A stretch of 64,000 bases of DNA, taken from positions 1,760,001 to 1,824,000 of the forward strand of contig CAWEMM010000006.1 in the NCBI GenBank assembly GCA_963810095.1, read 5' to 3'. This DNA is from an uncultured Chloroflexia bacterium (GTDB taxonomy: Bacteria; Chloroflexota; Anaerolineae; CG2-30-64-16). Below the pieces are notes generated by a model. It made no database searches. It had not been told where the DNA came from and saw only the letters and a program-made list of their open reading frames with translations. The stretch's first letter is position 1, and each line of letters opens with the position of its first letter. The position numbers and the translations under genes are program-made. Shown one piece after another: positions 20,751 through 31,945 of this stretch.

Positions 20751-20829
20751 AAGCTTCACTCCTCACGATATTATACCATCACTACGCTGCGGCCGGCGTT
20801 TTTGTTTCCATAAGCTATAATATCGTCCC

Positions 20830-22543
20830 ATGCGAACCTACTTGGTCAGCCTCAGCGACCATCCCCTGGCCATGCTGCGCGGCATTGCCGAGCTGCGGGG
20901 CGTGACCCTCGCGTCCAATGCCAGGGATGAGGCTGCCGCGCAGCTGGCCGCGGCGCTGGCGGACGAAGGCTCGACTACGGCGGCGATCGGAGCCGCGCCG
21001 CCCGACGCGCAGCTGGCCTGGACGGCGCTGCGCAGGGCCGGCGGCAGGATGAAGGCTTCGACTTTCGCCCGCCAGTTCGGCGAGATTCGCCCCGCTGGGC
21101 CCGGACGCCTGGAGCGGGAGGCGCTGTGGCGCAGCCCGGAAAGCGCAGCAGAGGCACTGTGGTACCGCGGGCTCATTTTCCGCTCGTTCGCCGACTTCGG
21201 CGACGGGCCGATGGAATATGTCTACATCCCCGAGGACCTGCCGCTGCCGCCGCTTGCCACGCCAAAGCCCCGCAGCGCGGCCTTGCCCGCTGTGCCCGCA
21301 CCCGGCCGGGCCCGTCATGCGCTCAACAGCCTGGCCGTCGACGCGTGCACCGTTCTGGCGGCGGTGCGCGAAGCGCCGCTGCCACTTACGGAGATAGCAG
21401 GGCCCGGGGGAGGGGTTGCTTGGCTCCGGGCAGGCAGGGTTACTCCTGCCCGATCCGGCCCGGTCGGACTTGCTCCTGACACTTGCAACCGGGCTTGGCT
21501 GGCTGGCAGCCGACCGGGGACGGTGGGTGCTCGACAACCAGCGCACTGGGGGCTGGCTGCGGCTGACGCATTGGGAGCAAATGTCGCTGCTGTTCACATC
21601 GTGGCGTGACAGCACCAGGTGGAACGACCTGCGCCATGTCGCCGGGCTTGTCTGCGAGGGCGAGTGGGCGAACGATCCGGGGTTGGCTCGCCGCAAGCTG
21701 CTGGGGTTTCTTAAGCGGCTTGACGGCCGCACATGGTACAAGATCGCGGACCTGATCGCCGCCATTAAAACCGCCGATCCAGACTTCCAGCGTCCCGACG
21801 GCAACTACGCCGGCTGGTACATTCGCGACGCGGAGAGCGGGCGCTACCTCAGCGGGTTCGAGTCGTGGGAGTGGGTGGAGGGGCGTCTGCTACGGTTCTT
21901 GATCGAAGGCCCGCTGTTTTGGCTCGGCGCGGTGGCGCTGGATGCTGCTGCGACCGGGCCGGCATCGGGGGGCCAGGCGCAGCTCTTCCGGCTCACACCC
22001 GCGGGGGCGGCCTGGTTGGCGCGGCGGATGCCACAGGAGCCCCCGCAGCCGGCACGGCTGACGGTGGGCGACGACTTTGTCGTCACCGCGCCGCTGCTGA
22101 CGCCGCTGCTCGACCGTTTCCGCCTGGCGCGCTTCACGGACGCGCTCCCTGTGGAACCCTGGGAGTCGCGGCGGGAAACGCTCGTCCCTCGGGGAACGCG
22201 GCACCGCATCAGCCGGGCCAGCCTTGCGCGGGCCCGCGAGGACGGCTTGAAACCCGAGGACGCGGTTGCCTTTCTCAGGCGAGCGGCGGGGGGCCGGCTG
22301 CCGGCGAAAGTGGCGGCGGCCATCGAGCGCTACAGCCAGTTGGGCGGGCAGGTACGGGTCACACGTGGCGCGGTCTTGCGGGTCACGGATGCGAGCACGC
22401 TCGCTGCGCTGCGGAGCGATCCGGCCATCGCGCCGCTGCTGGGGGAGGTGGTTTCGGCGCAGGCGGTCATCGTGCCCGAAAAGCACGTCGACCGCCTGCT
22501 TGCGATTTTGAAGGACAGCAGCTACACCGTCGATGCGGCGTAG
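20830..22543 (+). CDS. XPB-helicase-associated domain protein (Helicase_C_3-like); apparent frameshift near 21400
   Basis: Two overlapping ORFs (20830-21609, 21416-22543); DPDFQRPDGNY..WYI, GPLFWLG and RISRASLARA. Confidence 0.65.
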
Positions 22544-22562
22544 CGAGCCGCCGGTCTCTGTT

Positions 22563-24203
22563 CTAGCGTAAGCCGGGCAGATGCTTGACCAGCCGCAGCC
22601 CGGCGACGAAAACGGCCTGGTTCGCGTCGCGTGAGAGATAGGGCAGCGGCAGCAGCGGGCTGATCCTGGCGGCCGAAACATTCTGCGATTCGGTGTACTT
22701 CAGCATACCCTCCATGCCATGACGGCGGCCGAGGCCCGAGTCTTTCATGCCGCCCATCCCCGCGCCCATCGCGGCCCACGGTATCTGGTACGTCTCGTTC
22801 ACGCTGACGGTGCCACACTGGAGCCGGCTGGCGACGCGCACGGCCTTCCGTTCATCCTGGCTAATGACGCCCGCATTCAACCCATATGCCGAGTCGTTTG
22901 CCCGTTCGATCGCCTCGTCGACCGAATCTACCCGGTAGACAGAGACGACCGGCCCGAACGTTTCTTCGGCGTAGCACTGCATTTCGGGGGTCACGCCGGT
23001 CAGGATCGTGGGTTCGAAGAAGTAAGGGCCGATGTCGGGTCGGGCGCGTCCACCCGCCAGGACCTGGGCGCCCTTGGCCACGGCATCGTCGACATGCTCC
23101 GCGGTCTTATCGCGCTGGCTGGCGCCGATCAACGACCCTATGTCGACGGAGTAGTCGAGCGCGGGGCCAACCTTGAGCGCCCGTGTACGGGCGACAAAGG
23201 CGTCGAGAAACCGATCGTAAACGGCGGAATGGACGTACACCCGCTCGAATGAAACGCAGAGCTGGCCGGCCCCGCCGTAGCTCCCATGCGTTGCGGTCCA
23301 TGCCGCCCGCTCGACATTGGCATCGTCGAGGACAAGCAGGGGGTTCTTGCCGCCCAGCTCCAGCGACGACTTGATCAGCCTGCGTCCTGCCTGCGCCCCG
23401 ACCTTGCGGCCCACTTCCGTGCTACCCGTGAAGCCGAGGAAATCGACCTGGTCGATCAGCGGTTCGCCCAGCACGCTGCCTTTGCCCGTCACAATCTGGA
23501 ACAGATCGCCGGGCAACCCGGCCTCATACAGCAGGCGCACGCCGTACAGCGCGCTGAACGGCGTCAATTCGGCGGGCTTGAGCAAGATCGCGTTACCGGC
23601 CAGGAGGGCGGGGACCGCGTCCGAGATCGGCACCGTCAGGGGATAGTTCCAGGGTGCGATGATCCCGACCAGGCCGACCGGATGATGATACTCCCATGCA
23701 GCCAGGAGCAGGGGGATGAACGCCTGGCGGCGCCGGCGCCTTAAGAACTCTTCCGCGTGGACCGCGTAATAGCGGGCGTACATGGCCACCTCGAGGACTT
23801 CCTCGAGGGCGTGCGCCCGAGACTTGCCTCCCTCGACCTGCAGGAGGTCAAGGACGGATTCGATGCGGTCGAGCAGCAGGTCGTGGAAACGCAGGAACAC
23901 CCTGCGCCGCTCGGCCAACGGCCGGTCTGCCCACGCCCTCTGCGCGGCGCGCGCCCGCTCGGCCGCCACCTTGACGTCCTGCGGCATGCAGGATGGCACC
24001 GTGCCAATGTATTCGGCGTTGAATGGGGCGTAAACGTCGGTCTGCGGCCGCTGGCGGTCGGCCAGTGCGACCATCTCGGGGAGGCCTCGGATGAGAGGCG
24101 CGACACGGCCCGCCAGGCCGCTCTTTGAACGTTGCATCGCCTCCATGGGCGCACTCGGGCCGGCGCCCTGCACCGTTTTTGTCGTTCCGACCGCGGCAAC
24201 CAT
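22563..24203 (-). CDS. Aldehyde dehydrogenase (GabD2-like succinate-semialdehyde dehydrogenase)
   Basis: PWNYP, FTGSTEVG, LELGGKNP, GQLCVS and EETFGP motifs. Confidence 0.9.
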   Translation of the reverse strand: MVAAVGTTKTVQGAGPSAPMEAMQRSKSGLAGRVAPLIRGLPEMVALADRQRPQTDVYAPFNAEYIGTVPSCMPQDVKVAAERARAAQRAWADRPLAERRRVFLRFHDLLLDRIESVLDLLQVEGGKSRAHALEEVLEVAMYARYYAVHAEEFLRRRRRQAFIPLLLAAWEYHHPVGLVGIIAPWNYPLTVPISDAVPALLAGNAILLKPAELTPFSALYGVRLLYEAGLPGDLFQIVTGKGSVLGEPLIDQVDFLGFTGSTEVGRKVGAQAGRRLIKSSLELGGKNPLLVLDDANVERAAWTATHGSYGGAGQLCVSFERVYVHSAVYDRFLDAFVARTRALKVGPALDYSVDIGSLIGASQRDKTAEHVDDAVAKGAQVLAGGRARPDIGPYFFEPTILTGVTPEMQCYAEETFGPVVSVYRVDSVDEAIERANDSAYGLNAGVISQDERKAVRVASRLQCGTVSVNETYQIPWAAMGAGMGGMKDSGLGRRHGMEGMLKYTESQNVSAARISPLLPLPYLSRDANQAVFVAGLRLVKHLPGLR

Positions 24204-24214
24204 ACTACCCCTCC

Positions 24215-25303
<1,089 letters not shown>

Positions 25304-25423
25304 AGGATGGATTATAACCGGGGAGAGCCGTCCGCTCAATTGTGGCGCTTACAGATTCCTGCATCCATCCACGCGTCCTCTCATTCCCGCAAGGTCATCC
25401 CAGGGCAGAAGGGATGGACGCGC

Positions 25424-26365
25424 CTAAGCGGGGAAAAGGATGCTGATGACGGTAAAGGCGAGCAGCGTGACCAACGTCATCAAGGAAAGGGTGTTGACGA
25501 CAAAGATACGCTCGTCTTCCGCCGCGGCGCCCATGAACAGCGGCGCGACGAAAGGCGCGGGCAGGACGACCATCGTCATGATTGCGGCCTGCAGGAGGGG
25601 GTCGCCGCCGAAGAGCGTATTGACGATGAGCACGATCATCAGCAGGCCCAGGGGCACCCAGAAGAGGAGCCGTAGCGCACTCGCGGGCGGGGAGCGCCAG
25701 GGAGCCGCGCGTGACCCGCACCTCGTAGCCGATGACCAACGCGATCAGCGGCGTGGTGATCGCGCCCAACAGCTCAATCGTGCGGAAGACCGCATCGGCG
25801 GGCGGAACGCGCGGAGCGGCGGAACGATGCCGAGCCGGTTGAAGAGGATACCGAGGAAGATGGCGACGATCACGGGTGTCTTGACAAATCCGACGAGCGT
25901 ATCGAGCATCGACATCCGCCCGGTCGCCAGCCGGCCGATCCACGGCACGAGGACGAAGAAGACGAACAGCACCTGGCCCAGGTCGACCACGGCGAAGTTG
26001 AAGATGTTCGCCGCACCATAGACGGCGGCGTAGATCGCGTACCCCATCATGCCGGCTTCGAAGCCGGTCAGGAGCGCGGGCGTGTACGGTGAGCGGAAGC
26101 CGAGCCGGGGCCAGAAGGCGCGCGCAAGCAGCAGCGCCAGCACGCAAGCGGCGAACATGAAAGCGACGAGCGCCAGGTGCCGGCCCTCGAGGGTCACGCC
26201 GGCGAAGGCCAGGAACAGCGAGGCCGGGAGGGTGACGTTGACGACGAGCTTTTTCATTCCTCCAACGGCGGCTTCGGGCAGGAAGCCGGAGCGCCGGAAG
26301 AATGCACCGAGGAGGATGAGCAGGAGGACCGGCAGGACTTTGGAGAACGCGGTGAGGTAGATCAA
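25424..26365 (-). CDS. AEC-family permease; apparent frameshifts near 25803 and 25680
   Basis: KKLVVNVTLPASLF, GFEAGMMGY and LPAPFVAPLF distributed over three frames. Confidence 0.7.
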
Positions 26366-26409
26366 TCAGGCGAGCCTTTCGTAACCCGGGCGGGGAGCGG
26401 GATGCGGGG

Positions 26410-26610
26410 TCAGCCGCCGCTAATAAGATGGATGGCCTGCACCTCGGCGCCGTCGGGCACCTTTGTCGTCTTGAAGTCCTTGCGGAGCACGACCTGCCCG
26501 TCGACCTTGACGACGATCATGCGGAAGCTGAACTTGAGCGCGTCGAGCAGGTCCTGGACGGTCATACCCGGTGCGTAGTCGACGTCGTACTGCTCGTTAA
26601 CTCGGATCAT
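26410..26610 (-). CDS. ThiS/MoaD-family sulfur carrier
   Basis: 66 aa ending HLISGG; close to the AOR gene. Confidence 0.88.
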   Translation of the reverse strand: MIRVNEQYDVDYAPGMTVQDLLDALKFSFRMIVVKVDGQVVLRKDFKTTKVPDGAEVQAIHLISGG

Positions 26611-26890
26611 CGCTGTCCTGGTCGCTGCTGGGGTTGACGGTATAGTTCGCCAGTTCCTCACGCACCACGCGCCGCAGGGTCAGCTCCAGTGGCTCGCGCT
26701 CTTGCAGCATGTAGTCACGCAGCACAGCGTTGATTGTGGTCTGGTAGTTGCCACCGCCGGCCCTATCGGCCTGATCTCGAAACCAATCAAGGATGTCGTC
26801 GTCTATCCGAATCGTGATCCGCGTCTTTCCCGCCGGCAGCGGATCAAGTGCCCCGCGCTTTCCTTTGCTGAAATCATAATGATCTTTCAT
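26597..26890 (-). CDS. brnA: BrnA antitoxin
   Basis: YDFSKGKRG, KTRITIRIDDDILDWF and YQTTINAVLR motifs. Confidence 0.9.
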   Translation of the reverse strand: MKDHYDFSKGKRGALDPLPAGKTRITIRIDDDILDWFRDQADRAGGGNYQTTINAVLRDYMLQEREPLELTLRRVVREELANYTVNPSSDQDSDDPS

Positions 26891-27162
26891 AGCTCACCCT
26901 CGTATATCTGCCGCTCCTGCTTGTCAGCCTTCCGAGCAGAGATGATCCGCACCCTCTCTTCTCTCCACGTAAACACCACTACGAGAATTCGACCCAAGGC
27001 GTCCGAGCCAATTGCCACAAATCGCTGTTCGAATGGAAATGTGTCTTCGATCATGACCATCCGATCATCCTGAAAGATGCCAACGGCATCGAGAAAGCGA
27101 ACGCCGTGCTTCCTCTGATTAACCCGAGCCTTCTCTGGATCCCATTCGTATTCACGTGACAT
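26887..27162 (-). CDS. brnT: BrnT ribonuclease toxin
   Basis: EWDPEKARVNQRKHGVRF and VRIISARKA motifs; stop overlaps the brnA start. Confidence 0.92.
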   Translation of the reverse strand: MSREYEWDPEKARVNQRKHGVRFLDAVGIFQDDRMVMIEDTFPFEQRFVAIGSDALGRILVVVFTWREERVRIISARKADKQERQIYEGEL

Positions 27163-27167
27163 GTGTA

Positions 27168-27202
27168 TGCACAATTGTACACCGCTCCTCTCGGTGTGGC
27201 AA
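27168..27202 (-). promoter_or_regulatory. brnTA promoter with palindromic operator candidate
   Basis: TTGCCA-17-TACAAT; TGCACAATTGTACA near-palindrome overlaps the -10. Confidence 0.6.
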
Positions 27203-27216
27203 GTAACTGCGCAACC

Positions 27217-27249
27217 AAAAACGGGGGAACAGAAAACTGCTCCCCCGTC
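27217..27249 (-). terminator. Terminator after the AOR gene
   Basis: ACGGGGGAGCAG-TTTT-CTGTTCCCCCGT followed by T tract. Confidence 0.75.
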
Positions 27250-27270
27250 CTGCCTCAGGCTTCGGTTATG

Positions 27271-29436
27271 TTAGCTGTTCGCCCGTACCAACTCCACCAC
27301 GTCCGGGTAGTCGATCCCGAGTTCCTTCAGCTTCTCGACGGTCGGGATGCCGTCGGCATTCCAGCCGCGGCGCTTGTACACCGCATCCTGCAGCTTCGAG
27401 TACTGGTCCTCGCGGTACGCCCGCAGCGCGGCCATCTTCTGTTCGGTGGTCATGCCCGCCGGGTCGATGCCGACTTTCTCGCGCAACTGCTTGTCGTAGC
27501 GCTCGGCGCGGCTCTCGTACTCGGCGACGGTTACGGGGCCGGCGGAGCGGTAGGGGATCGCATCTTGCGCGCGACGTCCCGCGCCCAGCTTCAGGTTGAA
27601 GACCCGCTGGAAGTTGTACACCCGCTCGGACATGAAGATCAGGTCGTCCTTGGTCACTTCCTTGCCCGTGGTCCCTGAGAAGAGGGCGACATAGTTGGCG
27701 ACGTGCTCGGGCACCTTCGCCGGCTCGTCGGTGAACGCGTTGTCGGCCGGCTCGATGTCGTTCCAGGGCAGCTTGCACAGGCCGTTCAGCCCAAACCACG
27801 TGCGCCACATGGGGAAGTAGTGGAGCGCCTCGGCCTTGTTCTCGAACGTGGGGATGTGGTTGTTTACCATGTCCATGAAAATGAGCCAGGCCTCGTCGTG
27901 CTGGGCGCCTTTATTGGTCATGCCGTAGCCGCCCTGCTGCGCCAGGCTCTCCTTGGTCATGTACTCGGAGTACTCCATCCCCTTGTTTTCCATGCCGATG
28001 TCCTGCAGGAAAGCGGGGTCGGCGCCGAAATGCTCGGCAAAGTATTGCTTCATGCCGCGCACGCCCAGGCCCGCGACCAGGCCGAAGCCCTCGCCGCGCG
28101 CCATCTGGTGCAGCAGCTCGAGCGCGGCCGCCGCGTTGCCCGGCATGAGCTCGAGGCCGCCCGTCTTTTCCTGATCCAGGATGCCGGCCTCGTAGCACTC
28201 CATGACGAACGCGGTCAGCGTGCCAAACGAGATGCTGTCGATGCCGTACGTGTCACAGTAGAAGTTCAGCTCGATGATATCGGCCGGCTCGAAAATGCCC
28301 AGGTTGGACCCGCAGCCCGCCACCGTCTCGTACTCGGGCCCGTCGACCGTGACGCACTCGCCCTGGTACGGGCCGGTGCGGAGCACGAAATGGTCCACCC
28401 CTTTCGAGCAGGCCATCGTGCAGCCGTAGAAGCAGGAATCGGGTGCGGCCTGCGTGAACAGAGCGTCCCACACCTTCGAGTGAATTTTCTCCGCCTGCGG
28501 GTCGGCGCCATAGCGGAAGTTGTAGCACGGAAGCAAGTCGTAATCGTTCATGATCTCGACCAGGTGAGCCGTACCGACGCGGCGCATGCGGTTCTGCTCG
28601 TCGTCGAGGTCCACGATCTCCTTGTTGATCCGCTGCCCGACGGCGCGAATTCGCTTGATGTCGGCCGGATCGTTGGCCTCGGCCTTGAGGCCTGTCTTGC
28701 GGCACACGATCGCCTTGATCTTCTTGTCGCGCAGCACGGTGCCTAGCCCGCCGCGGCCGGCCTGCTTGACGCGCACGGACTTGCGGCGGGGGTCGTACCA
28801 GCTGACGTTGAGACAGCCGATGCGGGTGTGTTCGCTGCCCTCGCCTGCAGAAACGACGGAGATGTTGCGCTTGTCGCCATCGTCCTTCGCATAGAGCGCG
28901 GTCATCTGTTCGGACAACTCGTGCGTGTTGACCGCGTCGTGCGGCGCGGCCTCGATGCGGACGACGCCCGCGTCGCCATCGATGAAGATCACGACCTCTT
29001 CGCCGGCCTTGCCCTGCACCTCGAGCGCGTCCCAGCCCGCGACTTTGAGCAGGGGACCGAAGTAGCCGCCCACGTTGCTGTCGACGACGATGCCGGTGAG
29101 GGGCGAGATGCCGACGACGAGCGACTTGCCCGTGCCAGGGTAGAGAATGGTGCCTGCCAGCGGGCCAGACGCAATGACGAGTTCGTTCTCGGGGTCATTC
29201 CACTTGGTTTCGCCGGTCACCGCATGCCACAACCGCCAGAGGCCGAAGCCCTTCCCGCCGACGAACTTGGCTTTCATTTCGTCGTCGACTGGCCGCGCTT
29301 CGATATGCCCCGTCGTAACGTCGACATACAGTGTCTGTCCAGCGTAACCCCGCTCCACTTTGGGCGCGGCGTAACTGTATTCGGCCAGGACGCGGTGCGT
29401 CTGTTTCAATTCGATAATGCCTTCCAAAGTCGACAT
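27271..29436 (-). CDS. aor: Aldehyde:ferredoxin oxidoreductase family (W/Mo-pterin)
   Basis: DSNVGGYFG, AGRGGLGTV, DGPEYET, CDTYGIDSIS and RRGWNADGIPT; AGGAGG RBS. Confidence 0.92.
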   Translation of the reverse strand: MSTLEGIIELKQTHRVLAEYSYAAPKVERGYAGQTLYVDVTTGHIEARPVDDEMKAKFVGGKGFGLWRLWHAVTGETKWNDPENELVIASGPLAGTILYPGTGKSLVVGISPLTGIVVDSNVGGYFGPLLKVAGWDALEVQGKAGEEVVIFIDGDAGVVRIEAAPHDAVNTHELSEQMTALYAKDDGDKRNISVVSAGEGSEHTRIGCLNVSWYDPRRKSVRVKQAGRGGLGTVLRDKKIKAIVCRKTGLKAEANDPADIKRIRAVGQRINKEIVDLDDEQNRMRRVGTAHLVEIMNDYDLLPCYNFRYGADPQAEKIHSKVWDALFTQAAPDSCFYGCTMACSKGVDHFVLRTGPYQGECVTVDGPEYETVAGCGSNLGIFEPADIIELNFYCDTYGIDSISFGTLTAFVMECYEAGILDQEKTGGLELMPGNAAAALELLHQMARGEGFGLVAGLGVRGMKQYFAEHFGADPAFLQDIGMENKGMEYSEYMTKESLAQQGGYGMTNKGAQHDEAWLIFMDMVNNHIPTFENKAEALHYFPMWRTWFGLNGLCKLPWNDIEPADNAFTDEPAKVPEHVANYVALFSGTTGKEVTKDDLIFMSERVYNFQRVFNLKLGAGRRAQDAIPYRSAGPVTVAEYESRAERYDKQLREKVGIDPAGMTTEQKMAALRAYREDQYSKLQDAVYKRRGWNADGIPTVEKLKELGIDYPDVVELVRANS

Positions 29437-29501
29437 TGACTCCTCCTGAGAGTTGAAGCTGGCGCAGAAGGCCCAAAACGAGGGCAGTCCGTCTCCGGGG
29501 C

Positions 29502-29545
29502 AGTATATCCGCAATTGCGGGCCGCGACCATGACGCAGGTCATGG
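29502..29545 (-). promoter_or_regulatory. CRP-family box CCATGAC-GCAG-GTCATGG at about -41.5 plus TATACT -10 of aor
   Basis: Perfect 7-4-7 palindrome 29528-29545, centred 29.5 nt from the -10 hexamer (29502-29507). Confidence 0.65.
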
Positions 29546-29565
29546 GGGTGACAAGAGCAGGGGTT

Positions 29566-29662
29566 AACACAAAGTCACGGAGACACAATGGTTTCGCAGA
29601 TTGCTGTGCCGGTCATGTTCGGTGACCCTCTCACAGTCTTCGTGTCGTTGTGTCTTTGTGTT
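29566..29662. repeat. 8-nt-period inverted repeat (family A)
   Basis: AACACAAAG TCACGGAG ACACAATG...CTTCGTGT CGTTGTGT CTTTGTGTT. Confidence 0.7.
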
Positions 29663-29734
29663 GCCAGTGAGATTGTCGGGCGGCTGGCGTACATGTATAA
29701 TAACTCGAACATAAGTATCGCCAGAAAGCAGTCT

Positions 29735-30766
29735 ATGTCTGATCGCGCCATTTCGCCGCAGGGGCGGCCCGAAGAAGTCGTCGTCGACGCTGCGCTCCGC
29801 CCGCACTCGCTCTCGGAGATGCTGGGGCAGGACCGCATGCGCGAGAACCTGAGTATCCTGATCCAGGCGGCCCGGGCGCGCGGCGAGCCGCTGGATCACG
29901 TCCTGTTTTACGGCCCCCCCGGCCTCGGCAAGACCTCGCTGGCCTGGGTGCTGAGCCACGAGATGGGCGTGGGGATGAAGGTCAGCGCGGGGCCGGCCAT
30001 CGAGCGGGCGGGCGATTTGGCCGCCATCCTGACAAATCTACGGCAGGGCGACATCCTGTTTATCGACGAGGTCCATCGCCTGGGGCGGACCGTCGAAGAG
30101 GTGCTGTACCCGGCGATGGAGGATTTCGCGCTGGATATCGTCGTGGGCAAGGGGCCAAGCGCACGCAATATCCGGCTGAAGCTGCCGCGGTTCACGCTGA
30201 TCGGCGCGACGACCCGGCTGGCGCTGATGACCGCGCCGCTGCGCGCCCGGTTTGGCGCGGTTTATCGCTTCGACTTCTATGACCTGCCCGCGATGGAGGG
30301 CATTGTCGCCCGCGCGGCCCGCCTGCTGCAGGTTCAGGCCACGCCCGATGGCATCCACGAGATTGCCCGCCGCGGCCGCGGCACGCCGCGTGTCGCGCTC
30401 CGCCTGCTGCGCCGGGCGCGCGACTTCGCGCAGGTGCGGTCGGAAGGGGTGATTACAGCAGACACGGCCCGCGAAGCCCTGGCCCTGCTCGACATCGACG
30501 ATCTCGGGCTCGACGCACTAGACCGGGCCGTCTTGGGCCGGATCATCCGGGACTTCCGGGGCGGGCCGGTGGGGCTCGAAACGATCGCGGCCGCCATCAG
30601 CGAGGAGCCGGACACGATCATGGATGTGGTCGAGCCGTACCTGCTGCAGCTGGGCTTCCTGGAGCGGACGCCGAGGGGCCGGGTCGCCACCCGCAGGGCC
30701 TACGAGCACCTGGGCGAAGCCTATCCCGAAACCGGCGAACAGCCGGGGCTGTTTGGAGAAGGATAG
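29735..30766 (+). CDS. ruvB: Holliday junction branch-migration helicase RuvB
   Basis: [29 protein letters not shown] and RTPRGR motifs. Confidence 0.97.
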   Translation: MSDRAISPQGRPEEVVVDAALRPHSLSEMLGQDRMRENLSILIQAARARGEPLDHVLFYGPPGLGKTSLAWVLSHEMGVGMKVSAGPAIERAGDLAAILTNLRQGDILFIDEVHRLGRTVEEVLYPAMEDFALDIVVGKGPSARNIRLKLPRFTLIGATTRLALMTAPLRARFGAVYRFDFYDLPAMEGIVARAARLLQVQATPDGIHEIARRGRGTPRVALRLLRRARDFAQVRSEGVITADTAREALALLDIDDLGLDALDRAVLGRIIRDFRGGPVGLETIAAAISEEPDTIMDVVEPYLLQLGFLERTPRGRVATRRAYEHLGEAYPETGEQPGLFGEG

Positions 30767-30770
30767 TAAA

Positions 30771-30811
30771 GGTGTGGGAGGGCCCCAACGGAGTTGGGGC
30801 CCTCCCACACC
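30771..30811. repeat. Perfect 19-bp hairpin between ruvB and queA
   Basis: GGTGTGGGAGGGCCCCAAC-GGA-GTTGGGGCCCTCCCACACC. Confidence 0.85.
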
Positions 30812-30821
30812 TAACTGAAAA

Positions 30822-31895
30822 ATGAAGACGAGCGACTTTGACTATGAACTGCCGGCGGAGCTGATCGCACAGACGCCGGTGGAGCCGCGGGACGCCTCGC
30901 GGCTGTTGGTTGTCGACCGGGCCCGCGGCGCGCTGACGCACCGGCGATTTGCGAACATCAGGGAGTACCTGCGGCCCGGCGACCTGTTGGTGGGCAACGA
31001 CAGCCGGACCATCCCCGCGCGGCTGCACGGGACGAAGGAAAGCGGCGGCCAGGTCGAGATCTTCCTGCTGAAGCCGCAGCCCGGCGGTGCGTGGCAGTGC
31101 CTGGTGGGTGGCAAGGGGCTGCGGCCGGGTGTGCGGGTCCGCATTCATCACGACGATCAACGGGACGTTGTTGCGACGGTTCTGAGCGAAACCGAAAGCG
31201 GGGCGCGCGTCATCGCCTTCGATCCCCCGGTGGAAGAGTGGCTGTGGGATGTGGGCGAGACGCCGCTCCCCCCGTACATCCACGAACCGCTGGTCGACGC
31301 CGAGCGCTACCAGACCGTGTACAGCCGGATCGAGGGTTCGGTGGCGTCCTCCACCGCGGGCCTGCACTTTACGCCGGAACTGCTGGTCGGGCTGCGCGAA
31401 CAGGGGGTGCGCTTCGCGACCGTGACGCTGCACATCGGGCTGGATACCTTTCGACCGGTGCAGGTTGAGAACATCGAAGAGCACCAAATCCATCGCGAGT
31501 GGGCCGAGCTGCCGGCGGAGACGGCAAAGGCGATCAACGAAACAAAGCTCGCCGGCGGTCGGGTTGTCGCAATCGGCACGACGGTCGTTCGCACACTGGA
31601 GAGCGCGGCCAAGATCGCATTCGGCGTCCGCCCCTGCGACGAGGTGCCGGAGGGTGCGGTGTGTGGCTGGCAGACGGTGGCGGCGTTTGAAGGCGAGACG
31701 GACCTGTTCATCAAGCCGGGGTTCCAGTTCCGGGCGGTGGACGCGATGGTCACGAACTTCCACCTGCCCAAGTCCACGCTGTTGATGCTGGTCAGCGCTT
31801 TCGCGGGGAAGGAACTGATCGACCGGGCGTACGCGGAAGCGATTCGGGAGCGCTACCGCTTCTACAGCTTTGGCGACGCGATGTTGATCCTCTAG
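30822..31895 (+). CDS. queA: S-adenosylmethionine:tRNA ribosyltransferase-isomerase
   Basis: FDYELPAELIAQTP, PLPPYI, TAGLHFT and YRFYSFGDAMLI. Confidence 0.97.
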   Translation: MKTSDFDYELPAELIAQTPVEPRDASRLLVVDRARGALTHRRFANIREYLRPGDLLVGNDSRTIPARLHGTKESGGQVEIFLLKPQPGGAWQCLVGGKGLRPGVRVRIHHDDQRDVVATVLSETESGARVIAFDPPVEEWLWDVGETPLPPYIHEPLVDAERYQTVYSRIEGSVASSTAGLHFTPELLVGLREQGVRFATVTLHIGLDTFRPVQVENIEEHQIHREWAELPAETAKAINETKLAGGRVVAIGTTVVRTLESAAKIAFGVRPCDEVPEGAVCGWQTVAAFEGETDLFIKPGFQFRAVDAMVTNFHLPKSTLLMLVSAFAGKELIDRAYAEAIRERYRFYSFGDAMLIL

Positions 31896-31899
31896 AAGC

Positions 31900-31936
31900 A
31901 AAAACCTCCGGGTCTCGATAGAGCCCGGAGGTTTTC
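31900..31936. terminator. Bidirectional hairpin (REP-like, AAACCT..GGTCT family)
   Basis: AAAACCTCCGGGTCTC-GATA-GAGCCCGGAGGTTTT between convergent genes. Confidence 0.7.
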
Positions 31937-31945
31937 GTTAGGGTT

